The notes: generated by a model from the sequence alone, not told the origin. A DNA stretch of 64,000 bases from an uncultured delta proteobacterium (GCA_963806225.1 CAWDXG010000002.1:18210-82209), one strand, 5' to 3'; numbered from the stretch's first letter, positions 26,725 through 38,114 are shown. Numbers and translations: made by a program.

Positions 26725-29012
26725 GCGTTGCCTGCCTTGTCCTTGGAGCGCCGCCGGCGCCGCGGGCGGCGCGAACGGCGGCTGAACAGAAGCCCGAGCC
26801 CGAGCACCAGCGCAGGCGCGCCGAAGATCGTCGCGTAGAACCAGATCAGGTCCTTCTGCTTGGTGTGCTGGATCGGCACGTCCTCTTCGGTGTTGACCTC
26901 GCCGGCGAAGCTCTCCTCACCGCCCAGCCAGCGCACCGCGTCCACGAACCAGAGCTGGTTGGTCATCACCCGCCCGAGCACCAGATCGCTGAAGGCATCC
27001 GCGTCGGCCAGCACGAAGGCGCGCATCTCGTCGGGACCGCCCTTCTTGCTGGCCGGCTTCTTCTTCTTCGCTCCGGCCGCGGGACTCTCCACGGCCGCCG
27101 CGATGTTGAAGATGGAGCGCTTCTCGTTGTCGTCGAGCTTGTAGTCGTGATTCTCGTCGGCGAACGTGCCCGGCATCGTGCGCACGGCAAAGTCGACCTT
27201 GTCGGTCGAGCCTGGAGCGCGCTCCAGGCTGCCCGCGCCGAACACCACGACGGCCGCCCCGCGCGATGCGTTGCGGCTCAGCGTCGAGACCGAGGCGTGC
27301 GACGAGAAGCGATTCGTCACCAGCTGGACGCGGTCGGAGTCGTTGAAGCGACGGCGCACGTAGTTGCGGTCGTTCGCCAGGATCGCCGGGTCGAGCGTCA
27401 GGCCGACGACGTGCGCCAGCGCCTCGAGGCCGCTGAGGGTCGAGGCGTCGCCGGCGCCGCTGCCCGGCTGCTCGCTGCCCGGTGCAGCGGGCAGGGCCGA
27501 GCCGGCGGGCGGCGGGCTCTTCTCGGCGGCCTTGCCGGAATGGGCCGGGACGGGCGGGTCCGCGTGTCCGGCGGGAGCGCCCGACGCCGCACCGAGCGGC
27601 GCGTCGGAGAGCGCGAGGTTCGCCGAAGGCAACGCGTCCGGGTCCAGCGCCATCAGCACGTGCCCGCCTCGCTTCACGTAGCGCTGGAGCGACGCGACCT
27701 CCTCGGGTGCGAACGGCTGCGACGGACCGAGAATCAACACGAGGTCCGCGTCCTTGGGCACATCACTCGCCAGGCCCTGTGACAGACCGAGGTTCTTTAC
27801 AACGTAGTTCTGCCGCTGCAGGAGCAAGCGGGCGATCCGCGACGAGCGCCCGTTGTTCTTCGGGCTGGCGGCCTCGGCGTCGGAGATCTCGCCGTGCCCG
27901 ACGGTGAGGTAGGCCGTGCGCTCGGACCGCACCAGCTTCAAGAGCTTGGCCTGGAAGTCGCGGTCCAGCGTCTTGAGCTTGGGCCGCGCGTCCTTCATGT
28001 CTGTGCCGATGTCGAGCGTCTCCGTCGTCTCGCCCTTGGCGAGCACGATGATCCCGTCGCGCATGGCGTGCAGCTTGCGGGACAGCTTCGGCACCAGCAG
28101 CCGGTCCTTGATCTGGACCTGCAGTTTCGGCACGCCGCGTGAGAGATCGTCGAGGTAGTGCTTCACCTGCGTGCGCACGTCGTTCACGTCCGGGAAGAAC
28201 GCGATGACTTTCACCGGCTTGTCCAGCGCATCCGCCATCTTGCGGGTGGACTCGCTGGGCTTCGAGGTCTTGAAGTACGAGTAGTCGACGCGGAGATCGA
28301 CGCCCTGCGCGGCGTACACGAACAGCGCACCGTACACCGCGGCGAGCACCAGCATCAGCCCGCTAGCGGCGGCCGCGCGTACCCGGCGGCTCTCGGGGCG
28401 CTCCGCATGCCGCATGGGATAGAGCGCGCCCTCGGCAAACAGCATGGGCACGACGCTCAACCCGACAAGCGCGATCCAGAGAACCGTCAGCACGCCCTCG
28501 ACACGGTCGCGCGTGACGGTCTGGGCCGTATCGAGCCCCAGCTTGGCTGTTCCCCAGTCGGTCGTGGCGAAGTACAGCGCCAACCCGACCAGCCCCGTGA
28601 TCGACAGCGCGGCGAGCAGGCGCTCGATGTGCCGCCGCTCGCCGCCTACACGGAAGCGCGGTGAGAAGCGCACGCCCGTCGCCAGGACCACCGCAGCCAG
28701 ACCTGTGCCGCTGAAGACCCAGTGCCAGGTCGGGTTCGCGGAAAGCACCCGTTCGCCCAGGTACACGAGCACCAGGCCGACGACGTAGAGCGGCACCACC
28801 CACGCCGGCGCTGGGCGGCCGTGCGGAGAGCCCGCCGGCGCGACAGGCGGAGGGCCACTGCCCCCCTGCTTTCCCGCCTCACCGCCGGCTTCGGCATCCG
28901 CGGGCACGGCGGCCTCCGCAGACGGGTCGACGGCAGCCGCCCCGGCGGATCCCTCGCCAGCACCCGGGGCCTCTTCCTCCTCGCGCCCGGGGCGCTCCTC
29001 GTCTACCGCCAT
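26721..29012 (-). CDS. GldG-family ABC-transporter auxiliary protein
   Basis: The 763-aa product has an N-terminal multi-TM block, a large extracytoplasmic domain, and a C-terminal TM (LIWFYATIFGAPALVLGLGLLF) followed by an Arg cluster. It overlaps the ABC-2 permease gene by 10 nt. Confidence 0.7.
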   Translation of the reverse strand: MAVDEERPGREEEEAPGAGEGSAGAAAVDPSAEAAVPADAEAGGEAGKQGGSGPPPVAPAGSPHGRPAPAWVVPLYVVGLVLVYLGERVLSANPTWHWVFSGTGLAAVVLATGVRFSPRFRVGGERRHIERLLAALSITGLVGLALYFATTDWGTAKLGLDTAQTVTRDRVEGVLTVLWIALVGLSVVPMLFAEGALYPMRHAERPESRRVRAAAASGLMLVLAAVYGALFVYAAQGVDLRVDYSYFKTSKPSESTRKMADALDKPVKVIAFFPDVNDVRTQVKHYLDDLSRGVPKLQVQIKDRLLVPKLSRKLHAMRDGIIVLAKGETTETLDIGTDMKDARPKLKTLDRDFQAKLLKLVRSERTAYLTVGHGEISDAEAASPKNNGRSSRIARLLLQRQNYVVKNLGLSQGLASDVPKDADLVLILGPSQPFAPEEVASLQRYVKRGGHVLMALDPDALPSANLALSDAPLGAASGAPAGHADPPVPAHSGKAAEKSPPPAGSALPAAPGSEQPGSGAGDASTLSGLEALAHVVGLTLDPAILANDRNYVRRRFNDSDRVQLVTNRFSSHASVSTLSRNASRGAAVVVFGAGSLERAPGSTDKVDFAVRTMPGTFADENHDYKLDDNEKRSIFNIAAAVESPAAGAKKKKPASKKGGPDEMRAFVLADADAFSDLVLGRVMTNQLWFVDAVRWLGGEESFAGEVNTEEDVPIQHTKQKDLIWFYATIFGAPALVLGLGLLFSRRSRRPRRRRRSKDKAGNA

Positions 29013-29725
29013 CGGCGCGCCTCCAGGCTCTTCGTGGCAGCCAGCAGGAAGAAATAGCTGACGGCGATGTAGTAGACGACGTGCGACAGCTCGAGCGTGC
29101 CGACCATGAAGGCGCGTTGGTTCTCGTGGTGCAGTGCCAGCGCCGCCAGGAACGTGTTGAGCGGCGGATCGGTCGCGCGCGCGATCGCCCAGAGCAGGAG
29201 CATCGGCACCAGGATCACCACACCGACGATCGCCGCTACCACCTGCGACTTCGCCAGCGACGACGCGAACAGGCCGATCGAGACGGTGGCCGCGCCGAGC
29301 AAGAGCAGCCCGAGGTATCCGACCACGATATGCCCGACGCTGACCTTGCCGTTCACGAAGATGAGCAGCGGCATGTACACGGTCAGCACGGTCGTGAGCG
29401 CGATCATGCCGAACGCCGACAGGAACTTGCCGAGCACGATGTCGCGGTCACGGATCGGCGCGGTGTTCAGCAGCGTCAGCGTGCCGGTCTGCCGCTCCTC
29501 GGCCAGAAGCCGCATGCTGAGCACGATGCTGGCCACCATCGTCGCGCCGCTCGCACCGTAGAAGAACTGCTGCAGCACCTGCGCGCTCAGCAGCTTTTCC
29601 GTCAGCCCCTGCCAGTAAAAATAGATGCCATCGAAGAGCAGAACGCCGGCGATGATGACCGAGCCGAGCGGCGAGCGCAGATACGCGTACAGCTCGCGGC
29701 GGGCGATGAGCAGAGCGCGGCTCAT
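29003..29725 (-). CDS. ABC-2 type transporter permease
   Basis: The gene starts at ATG 29725 (ATGA overlap with the ATPase stop). The product is 240 aa and hydrophobic with about 6 TM segments. It begins MSRALLIARRELYAYLRSPLG. Confidence 0.85.
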   Translation of the reverse strand: MSRALLIARRELYAYLRSPLGSVIIAGVLLFDGIYFYWQGLTEKLLSAQVLQQFFYGASGATMVASIVLSMRLLAEERQTGTLTLLNTAPIRDRDIVLGKFLSAFGMIALTTVLTVYMPLLIFVNGKVSVGHIVVGYLGLLLLGAATVSIGLFASSLAKSQVVAAIVGVVILVPMLLLWAIARATDPPLNTFLAALALHHENQRAFMVGTLELSHVVYYIAVSYFFLLAATKSLEARRWR

Positions 29726-30750
29726 GGCTGCTCCTCGGCCGGCGGCAGCGGCGCCTCTGGTTTCGGTGCACGCCGTCGCCGCTTGCGCTTGGCGCGCTTG
29801 AGCCCCTCGACGGGTGCGGAAAGCTGCAGGAACACACTCTCGAGCTCGTGCTCGCTGCGTGCCAGCTGGAGGATGCCGACATCCGCCTGGACCAGCGCGC
29901 GGCACAGGGCGTCCCGCACGTCCTTCGAGGCCTGGACGCTGTAGCTGACGACGCCCTTGCCGGGCTCCAGCGGATCGATCTCTTCCACTTCCTGTACGCC
30001 GTCGACACCGCCGATCACGGCCTCGACCCCGGCGCGCTCGCGATCGCCGAGGCGTAGGCTCACGTCGACCCGCATACCGGACAAGAGCCGTTCGGACAGC
30101 TCCGCCTCGGTTCCAGAAGCCACGATCTGCCCGTCGCGGATCACCAGGATGCGATCGCAGGTTTCGCTGATCTCCGAGAGGATGTGGCTCGAGACGACGA
30201 CCGTGTGCTCGCCGCCAAGGCTCCGCACCAGGTCGCGCATCTCGACGATCTGCACCGGGTCCAGCCCCGAGATGGGCTCATCCAGCACCACCAGCGCGGG
30301 CCGGTGCAGGATCGCCTGGGCGATGCCGACGCGCTGGCGGTAGCCGTGCGACAGCGACAGGATGAGATCGTCGAGCACGCCGCCGATCTCGGTGAGCTCG
30401 GCGACCTCGGCGATGCGCCGGTCGATGTCCGCCCGGCTCATGCTGCGCAGCTTCCCGGCGAAAGCCAGGTACTCGCGCACGCGCATTTCACCGTAGAGCG
30501 GCGGCACGTCCGGCAGGTAGCCGATGCGCTGCTTGACCTCCTCGGGCCTCTCCACCACGTCCACCCCGTCGACGCGGACGGTGCCGCTCGTCGGCAGGAG
30601 GTCGCAGGCCAGCACGCGCAGCGTGGTGGTCTTTCCGGCGCCGTTCAGGCCCAGGAGCCCGACGATCTCGCCCTTTTCTATGCGGGCGGTCACCGGGCCG
30701 ATGGCGCGACGATCGCCGTAGTATTTGTGCAGCTCGCGGATCTCGATCAC
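29722..30750 (-). CDS. ABC transporter ATP-binding protein
   Basis: The gene starts at GTG 30750 (VIEIRELHKYYG). Walker A is GLNGAGKTT, the signature is LSHGYRQR, Walker B is LVVLDEP, and SSHIL is present. The C-terminal tail is basic. Confidence 0.9.
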   Translation of the reverse strand: MIEIRELHKYYGDRRAIGPVTARIEKGEIVGLLGLNGAGKTTTLRVLACDLLPTSGTVRVDGVDVVERPEEVKQRIGYLPDVPPLYGEMRVREYLAFAGKLRSMSRADIDRRIAEVAELTEIGGVLDDLILSLSHGYRQRVGIAQAILHRPALVVLDEPISGLDPVQIVEMRDLVRSLGGEHTVVVSSHILSEISETCDRILVIRDGQIVASGTEAELSERLLSGMRVDVSLRLGDRERAGVEAVIGGVDGVQEVEEIDPLEPGKGVVSYSVQASKDVRDALCRALVQADVGILQLARSEHELESVFLQLSAPVEGLKRAKRKRRRRAPKPEAPLPPAEEQP

Positions 30751-30903
30751 GGCTTGGCTCTGGTTTGTGCCGGAACCCGCGCCCAACTGGCTTTTCCAGC
30801 TGGCGCGACAACCCCGGGGCACGAATCAAGAACAGGGCGGGGTTATTCCCCGACCGGGCCCCGGATCGCAACCCATTGTCGAGGCGGCTGGCTCGATCCA
30901 GCG

Positions 30904-32169
<1,266 letters not shown>

Positions 32170-32264
32170 CCGCCGCGCGCCGCGCGCGTACCGATGAAGG
32201 CCGATGCGACGAGCGAGCTGGGGACGGCATCTCGGCAGCGCCATCGTGCTGCTGTTCGCGCTGG

Positions 32265-32519
32265 ATGTGGCCTCTGCGGCGTGGGCCGCAGAATCCCGCG
32301 CCGGCAGCGTCGGCCAGCGCGGCGCCGGCCGCGACAGCCAGCGCGGCAGCGCCCGCGGCGAGCGCCGCAGCCGGCGGTCGCGCTCACGCCAGGGGTCTCT
32401 TCCACGGTCACGCGCGGCGCCCCATCTTCCTGGGTCTGCTCGCAGCGGCGTTTCTTATCATCGGCGCGCTGGCCGGCGCCAACGACCGGCCCGGCGGCGA
32501 TCCGCCCAAGACCACGTAG
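32265..32519 (+). CDS. Possible small Ala-rich membrane protein
   Basis: An 84-codon ORF runs from ATG 32265 and ends in a TM segment (IFLGLLAAAFLIIGALAG). Another frame (ATG 32204) encodes a signal-peptide-like MRRASWGRHLGSAIVLLFALDVASAAWA, so the true frame is unclear. Confidence 0.25.
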   Translation: MWPLRRGPQNPAPAASASAAPAATASAAAPAASAAAGGRAHARGLFHGHARRPIFLGLLAAAFLIIGALAGANDRPGGDPPKTT

Positions 32520-32575
32520 CGAGTCCGGCGAGGGGCTTCGTCGCCTGGACAGCTCTGGGCCGCCTGGAAGCGTCC

Positions 32576-34081
32576 CTACAGCTGCGTACGGATCACGCGG
32601 CCCTTCAACGTCGCCGTGCTGGCGGGGGCCGGCTTCTTGTTCGACAGCACCTGCTTGGCGTGCTGGGCCTTCTGGAACGCCTGGAGCGCCGCGCGCTTGT
32701 TCGCGGCCGCCGCTTCGGCCTCGGCCTTCTTCTGCTCTGCCTCCTGCTCGGCGGCAGCCTTCTTGGACGCGGACTTCTCGTTGTCGGCCCTCTTCTGCGC
32801 GTCGACGGCCTCCTGCTCGAGCTTCTTCTTCTCTGCGATGGCCTTGTCGAGCGCCGCCTTCTGCGCGAGGGCCTTCGCTTCCGCCGCTTTCTGCTGGGCT
32901 TCCTGCTCCGCTCGCGCGCTCGCCGCTGCGCGGGCGGCCTGCGCTTTCGCGGCCGCAGCCGTAGCGCGGAAGTGCAGTGCCACGCCCGTGCCTCCCCCGA
33001 CCAGCAGGAGCACGACGACGCCCAGCGCAACGAACATGCCCGCCTTGCTCTTCTTCTGCTGCAGCGGCTGTGCCGACCCGGACCCGGAGAACGAGCCGGT
33101 GCTCGACCAGACTCCGGGCGTGCCCGTCTGGATCGGCTGCCCCGGCGTGACGACGCTGGGCATCGAGGCGCGCTGCTGGGCCGCACCCGGGCCGGACGGC
33201 AGGGCTTCAGGCCCGACACCCGTCTGCGCCCAGGCATCCAGCGCTTGCTGGAACTCCTCGGCCGTCTGGTAGCGATGCGCCGCTTCGCGCGCCATGCCCC
33301 TGGCGATGATCGCGGCGAAGCCGGGATCGATGTCCGGGACCAGCTGCTCCACCGGCGGCGGCTGCTCGAGCACGATCTTGAACAAGAGCTCGTTGAACGT
33401 GTCGGCGTTGAAGGGGACCTGGCCGGTCACGCTCTCGTAGAGGATGACGCCCACCGCGTATAGATCCGCGCGATGGTCCATTTCCTTCGCGCCCTTCGCC
33501 TGCTCCGGCGACATGTAGTACGGCGTGCCCATCACGGCGCCGGTGCGCGTCATGCTGAAGCCGCTCTCGCCCGATAGCTGGCTGAACTTGGAGATCCCGA
33601 AGTCGAGGAGCTTGGCGAAGTCCGCCTGGCCTCTGCGTCCCTTGAGCAGGTAGACGTTGTCGGGCTTCAGATCGCGGTGGATGATGCCCGCGCCGTGCGC
33701 CGCCTCGAGCCCCTCGAGCATCTGGCGCGCGATCGGGTAGAGCTGGGCGGGCGATAGCCGCCCGTACGACTGGATCCGATCCGACAGGCTTTCGCCGTCG
33801 AGGAACTCCATGACCATGTAGCGGTCGCCGTTGGCCAGATTGCCCAGATCGAGGACCTCGACGATGTGCTCCGAGCCGATGCGTCCGGCGGCCTGCGCCT
33901 CGCGCTCGAAGCGCTGCACGGCATCCGCGTTCTCGGCGACCCCCGCGTGCAGCACCTTGATGGCGACGCGCCGGTGGATGCGCAGGTTCTCGCCCTCGTA
34001 GACCGCACCCATGCCACCCTCGCCGATCAAGCGAACGATGCGGTACTTCTCGTCGATGATGTCGCCGGTCGTCAGAGCCAT
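32576..34081 (-). CDS. Ser/Thr protein kinase with TM and coiled-coil tail
   Basis: Kinase motifs are GEGGMGAVY, AIKVL, HRDLKPDN, DFGISK and SPEQ. A TM segment (MFVALGVVVLLLVGG) is followed by an Ala/Lys/Glu/Gln-rich tail. Confidence 0.95.
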   Translation of the reverse strand: MALTTGDIIDEKYRIVRLIGEGGMGAVYEGENLRIHRRVAIKVLHAGVAENADAVQRFEREAQAAGRIGSEHIVEVLDLGNLANGDRYMVMEFLDGESLSDRIQSYGRLSPAQLYPIARQMLEGLEAAHGAGIIHRDLKPDNVYLLKGRRGQADFAKLLDFGISKFSQLSGESGFSMTRTGAVMGTPYYMSPEQAKGAKEMDHRADLYAVGVILYESVTGQVPFNADTFNELLFKIVLEQPPPVEQLVPDIDPGFAAIIARGMAREAAHRYQTAEEFQQALDAWAQTGVGPEALPSGPGAAQQRASMPSVVTPGQPIQTGTPGVWSSTGSFSGSGSAQPLQQKKSKAGMFVALGVVVLLLVGGGTGVALHFRATAAAAKAQAARAAASARAEQEAQQKAAEAKALAQKAALDKAIAEKKKLEQEAVDAQKRADNEKSASKKAAAEQEAEQKKAEAEAAAANKRAALQAFQKAQHAKQVLSNKKPAPASTATLKGRVIRTQL

Positions 34082-34182
34082 CCGCGGGCCGCCATTCCCT
34101 TGACGTAGATCAAATCGACGCTAACACAGCCGGAAGCTTCCTGCCCAGCGCAGCGGCGCCCGCATGCGGATTTGCGGAAGGG

Positions 34183-35214
34183 CTAGAAACGCCCGGAAAC
34201 CGACACACCACCCCCGCCAGGACCCACGGCTGGACTGAAGCGCAGGGCGGTGTCCTTCTGCGCCGGGACTTCCGGACGGTCCAGGTACAGCACCGCGGTC
34301 ACTCCCGCCGCCACAACCGCGCCGCCGAACAGCACGTCGGTGACCAGGTTCATGGTCTTGCCGCTGCTCCTCAGGCTGCTGGCCGCCGCTGGGTCGCTAC
34401 CATCGTTGGCCGCGTTGAAATCGCTCTTCTTTTTCAGCGCCAGGGCTCCCGTGACGCCGGCGCCGACCGCAAGCGCGCCGGTCGCGGCCAACCCGATGAA
34501 CACGCCGGTCGGGACCGGACGCGTGAGGGTCGGCGGAGGCGCCGTCCCAGCGCTGGTCCCGGCCGCCGCGGGCGTGGTCGGAGGCGTGGTCGGAACCGGC
34601 GCCGCCGAGGGCTTCTGCAGCTCGAAGACATGCGAGACGCTCCCGCTGGGCTGCGCGTCGAACACCCATTGTGCGTCGGTGTAGCCGTCGAGGTGCGCCG
34701 TGATGCGGTGGTGGCCCGGTCGGATCCCGAGCGCGAGCTCGCCGCCCTTCGACGCGTAGCGATTGACGACCGGTTCGCCGCGCACCGGGATCCGTTCGTC
34801 GACGTAGGACGCTCCAGCGGGCTTCGACTGCAGCTTCAGCGTCACCACGCTGGCTTGGAGCGTGGACAGATCGCGGCTGAACTGCGCGCGCTCCGCGGCA
34901 CCCAGCTGCGTGCCGCCCCCTTGCAGGTACTTCTTGTAGGCGTCGATGGCTTCGCCGTCGCGCTCGAGCTTCATCGCGCAGATACCGAGATTGCCGAGGA
35001 TCTTCCACGAGGGCGATTCGGCATATGCGGCCTTGAACTCGCGGTAGGCCTCTTCGTAGCGGGCTCCGTCCGGGTCCTGCATGAAGTTCACGCCGGCGCT
35101 GAAGTGCTTCCGCGCCGCGTCGGTGATGGGCACGTCGCCGGCCAGCGCCGGTGCCGCGACCGCCAGGACCAGCGCGCCGATGGCTCCCGGCATCAGGCGA
35201 AATCGAATGGGCAT
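34183..35214 (-). CDS. Secreted TPR-like/PEGA-domain protein with C-terminal TM
   Basis: The signal peptide is AIGALVLAVAAPALA, followed by a helical repeat region. A PAGA-containing beta domain (KPAGASYVDE..GHHRITAHLDGY) follows, then a Pro/Thr linker and TM segments. Confidence 0.75.
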   Translation of the reverse strand: MPIRFRLMPGAIGALVLAVAAPALAGDVPITDAARKHFSAGVNFMQDPDGARYEEAYREFKAAYAESPSWKILGNLGICAMKLERDGEAIDAYKKYLQGGGTQLGAAERAQFSRDLSTLQASVVTLKLQSKPAGASYVDERIPVRGEPVVNRYASKGGELALGIRPGHHRITAHLDGYTDAQWVFDAQPSGSVSHVFELQKPSAAPVPTTPPTTPAAAGTSAGTAPPPTLTRPVPTGVFIGLAATGALAVGAGVTGALALKKKSDFNAANDGSDPAAASSLRSSGKTMNLVTDVLFGGAVVAAGVTAVLYLDRPEVPAQKDTALRFSPAVGPGGGGVSVSGRF

Positions 35215-35279
35215 GTCGATTCGAGAGCTTGCCTCCTGTCAATGCTTGAAGGCAAGTGCCGGGCGGCATCGGCCCCTCG

Positions 35280-37454
35280 TCAGTTGCCCGGCGTCGGCAT
35301 CGCGACCGCCTGCATCGCCACGCCTCCCCCTGGTCGCGGAAAGACCGGCGAGCGCACCAACTTCCGCATCAGAGCGGCCGTCAGCGCCGGATGGGCGCCC
35401 GCGACGTTCGTCGCGTCCGGATCGGGAGCGGTGAGGTCGTAGAGCTCCGGCGCGCCGGAGTCGAGCGTCAGCACCAGCTTGAACGGTTTGTCGGGCTCGA
35501 TGATCCCGACGCGCGCCAGGTTCTGCTGCGAGAAACCGGACATCACAAGCGGCAGACGGCGCGGCGGCCGATCCGGCACCAGATAGCCGAGCAGGTCCTC
35601 GCCCTGGTAGCCGGACATGTCCGGATCCTGGTCGAGGTAGCGCGCCAGAGTCGGCGCCACGTCGACCAGCGAGACCTTCTCGTCGACGGCGTGAGGCTTC
35701 ATCCCCGGGATACGGATCGCTAGCGGCACGTGCATCAGGCATTGCCACAGGAACACGCCGTGCACCCAGAAGCCCTCCCTTCCGAGACCTTCTCCGTGAT
35801 CGGCGACGAACACCACGATCGTGTTGTCGGAGAGGCCGAGGCGCTTCAGACCGTCGAGCAACCGCTGGAACTGGGCGTCGATACCGGTGGCCACGGCGCG
35901 GTAGCGCCAGTTGAGCCGCCCCTTGTCCGGCACGTGGTAGCGGCGCGCCACGCCGTACACGTAGTCCTTGTCGAGCTCGCGCCAGTCGTGCTGGTCGAAG
36001 TTGAAGACCCACATGAAGAAGGGCTTGTCGGGATGCGAGCGCAACCACGACAGCGAATTGTCGACGAGCCCCCGCGCGGTGGAGTGATCGGCGCCGTAGC
36101 CCCAAACGTCGGTTCGCTCCTCCGAGTAGTCGGGCAGGACAAGCGCCTGGTCGAACTTGAAGGCCGGGTCCAGCTTGCCGAGGAACTCGTGAGCGGACTT
36201 GGCAATCGCGATCACCCGGGTGCGGCCGGTCCGTCGCGCCACCTGGAGAATGCCGTTGCCGTGCGCGGCTCCCCCCTGGTAGCGACCGCTCGTCAGCGAC
36301 GGCAGCGCACGCAGTGTGTCGGAACCGCTCGTGTACGCATTGCGGAAGTCGAGCGAGCGGCGGCTGAACGCCACTGCGTGCGGCATGATCCCGGGATCGG
36401 ACGCCGCGTCGTAGCGCAACGTGTCCACGTAGTAGACGAGCACGTTGTAGTCGTGACGATCGCCCCGCCAGTGGCGGATCGCGGCGCGGAACCCGGGTGC
36501 CTCCGACAGAGGGCGCTTCCAGGCCGGGTCTTCCGTGGCGCTACCGCCGTAGCGTTCGCCCAGCGCATCCAGCCGCCGCATGGCGAGGTTGTTCCAGTCG
36601 CGCGGATGGGCCAGCAGTATCTCCGCCGCCTGCTCGCGGCGCAGCATCCGGCCCACGTACACCGGCTTCGTCCACACGTGTCCGAGCGCTGTGCCCAACC
36701 ATACGCGTGCAGGACGCAGCGCGATGAAGGCCAGGCTCCAGGCCAATCCGACGCCGGCCAGGACCCGCACGCCCAGCAGGGCGCCGCGGCTCCGGATCAT
36801 CGACAGCAACACGTACGCCGCCAGGAACAGCAGCACGCCGGTCGCAGCCTCGAGCGCGGTGTGCAGCGGCACGTACAGCGCGACCAGCACATGCAGATCC
36901 GCCCAGCTCGCCGCTCCGGCCGCGACAACCAGCGCGAGCACCAGTAGAAGCGCGCGGCGCCGCGCGCCCCCGCGCAACGCATCGAGAGTTGACGGCAACG
37001 CGCGCGCCAGGGCTCCCGCCGCCAGCGCTGCGGCAGCGATGAGGACATACGGACCGTAGTTGGCGTAGCTCGCCGCGGACGCTCTCGGTCCACTGAAGGC
37101 ATAGAACGCCGTGCTCCAGCTGGCCGCCGCCGCCAACGCAGCGTAGAAAATTGTCCCGATGACGCGGGCCAGTCGCGACCGGCGCCGTCGCAGCGGCGCA
37201 GTCAGCGCGCGCTCGCCGAGCCAGGCGGCCCAGCCGGCACCGCCAGCCAGCGTGCCGACCAATGCGTACAGCGCAAGCGCGCCGACGAGGTGGCGGACCG
37301 CCGGCACGCCGGGGGAGCTGCCGCGCCGAGCCAGATCCAGCGCGACGAAATACCAGGCGGCCGAGACGCCGGCGGCAACGAACTCGGCCGGTCGCTGGAG
37401 AGTCAACGGCTTGGGCACTTCGAGGCTCGGCACTACCCGCCCGCGCGCTGGCAC
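35280..37454 (-). CDS. Membrane-anchored sulfatase-like hydrolase/transferase (alkaline phosphatase superfamily)
   Basis: The N-terminus is multi-TM. The catalytic domain has VYYVDTLRYD, SGSDTLR and VADHGEGLGREGFWVHG. No in-frame ATG lies below the upstream stop at 37571, so I set the start at GTG 37454; GTG 37433 is also possible. Confidence 0.75.
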   Translation of the reverse strand: MPARGRVVPSLEVPKPLTLQRPAEFVAAGVSAAWYFVALDLARRGSSPGVPAVRHLVGALALYALVGTLAGGAGWAAWLGERALTAPLRRRRSRLARVIGTIFYAALAAAASWSTAFYAFSGPRASAASYANYGPYVLIAAAALAAGALARALPSTLDALRGGARRRALLLVLALVVAAGAASWADLHVLVALYVPLHTALEAATGVLLFLAAYVLLSMIRSRGALLGVRVLAGVGLAWSLAFIALRPARVWLGTALGHVWTKPVYVGRMLRREQAAEILLAHPRDWNNLAMRRLDALGERYGGSATEDPAWKRPLSEAPGFRAAIRHWRGDRHDYNVLVYYVDTLRYDAASDPGIMPHAVAFSRRSLDFRNAYTSGSDTLRALPSLTSGRYQGGAAHGNGILQVARRTGRTRVIAIAKSAHEFLGKLDPAFKFDQALVLPDYSEERTDVWGYGADHSTARGLVDNSLSWLRSHPDKPFFMWVFNFDQHDWRELDKDYVYGVARRYHVPDKGRLNWRYRAVATGIDAQFQRLLDGLKRLGLSDNTIVVFVADHGEGLGREGFWVHGVFLWQCLMHVPLAIRIPGMKPHAVDEKVSLVDVAPTLARYLDQDPDMSGYQGEDLLGYLVPDRPPRRLPLVMSGFSQQNLARVGIIEPDKPFKLVLTLDSGAPELYDLTAPDPDATNVAGAHPALTAALMRKLVRSPVFPRPGGGVAMQAVAMPTPGN

Positions 37455-37570
37455 GGCAGTGACCGTGGCAACGCCCAGAAGCGGTGACGCGCAGCATAGT
37501 TCAATGCGACGCGAGCTGTCACCCGCGTGCCAGGTGGACGTTGCACGGCGAGCCGACCGAACCGGTAGCT

Positions 37571-38074
37571 CTAGGCGAGCGCCGAGCTGTCCTTCGCGAC
37601 CTTTGCCTGCCGCGCCTGGGACCGGCTTTGGGACCGATCGCGGGGCGTGTCGAAACGAACCCCCACGTCGAGCGCTGTGTCGCGCGACTGGGCGGCCAGC
37701 GTGCCCGCCAGCGCGATGAGATCGTGCCGCGCCGACATCGGCAGCGTAGCCGGTGCGGAGAAGACGAGCCTGCTGCCCTCCCGGACGCGAAGAACCTGGA
37801 TCAACGCCCGCGCGACGGCACAACGCGCCGCGAACACCTCGTCGTTGTGCCGCGATCCCGCGGCGATCACGACCGTGTCGAGGTCTGCTCCGCTGGCGAC
37901 GACGGCCTCGACTCGACGCGCGGCACGCAACGCGAGCTCTGCGGGTGTTTCGTCGGGCTGCTGCGGAACGACGGCCCAGTTGACCGGGCGCTGGTCATCC
38001 CGCTCGACGAAGTCGGGCCATTCGCCGCCCGCCTCCATCACCACCACACACACTCTCTGACTGCTTTCGTTCAT
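37571..38074 (-). CDS. Hypothetical protein (167 aa)
   Basis: The gene starts at ATG 38074, preceded by GAGGAGGG, and has coding-like third-position GC. A sigma54-type promoter lies upstream. I recognised no family. Confidence 0.65.
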   Translation of the reverse strand: MNESSQRVCVVVMEAGGEWPDFVERDDQRPVNWAVVPQQPDETPAELALRAARRVEAVVASGADLDTVVIAAGSRHNDEVFAARCAVARALIQVLRVREGSRLVFSAPATLPMSARHDLIALAGTLAAQSRDTALDVGVRFDTPRDRSQSRSQARQAKVAKDSSALA

Positions 38075-38097
38075 CTGCCCTCCTCGGCCCCGCCCCC

Positions 38098-38114
38098 AAG
38101 CAGCACTCGTGCCA
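38098..38114 (-). promoter_or_regulatory. Sigma54-type -24/-12 promoter
   Basis: The minus strand reads TGGCACgagtgCTGCTT. GG and GC are in exact consensus register (TGGCAC-N5-TTGCW). The GC lies 26 nt upstream of ATG 38074. Confidence 0.65.

Noticed and set aside
30184-30903. N-terminal 240 codons of the 661-aa ORF that contains queG.
   Set aside because: This part is antisense to the ABC ATPase gene and is Arg/Asp/Ala/His junk. QueG homology starts only after ATG 30904.
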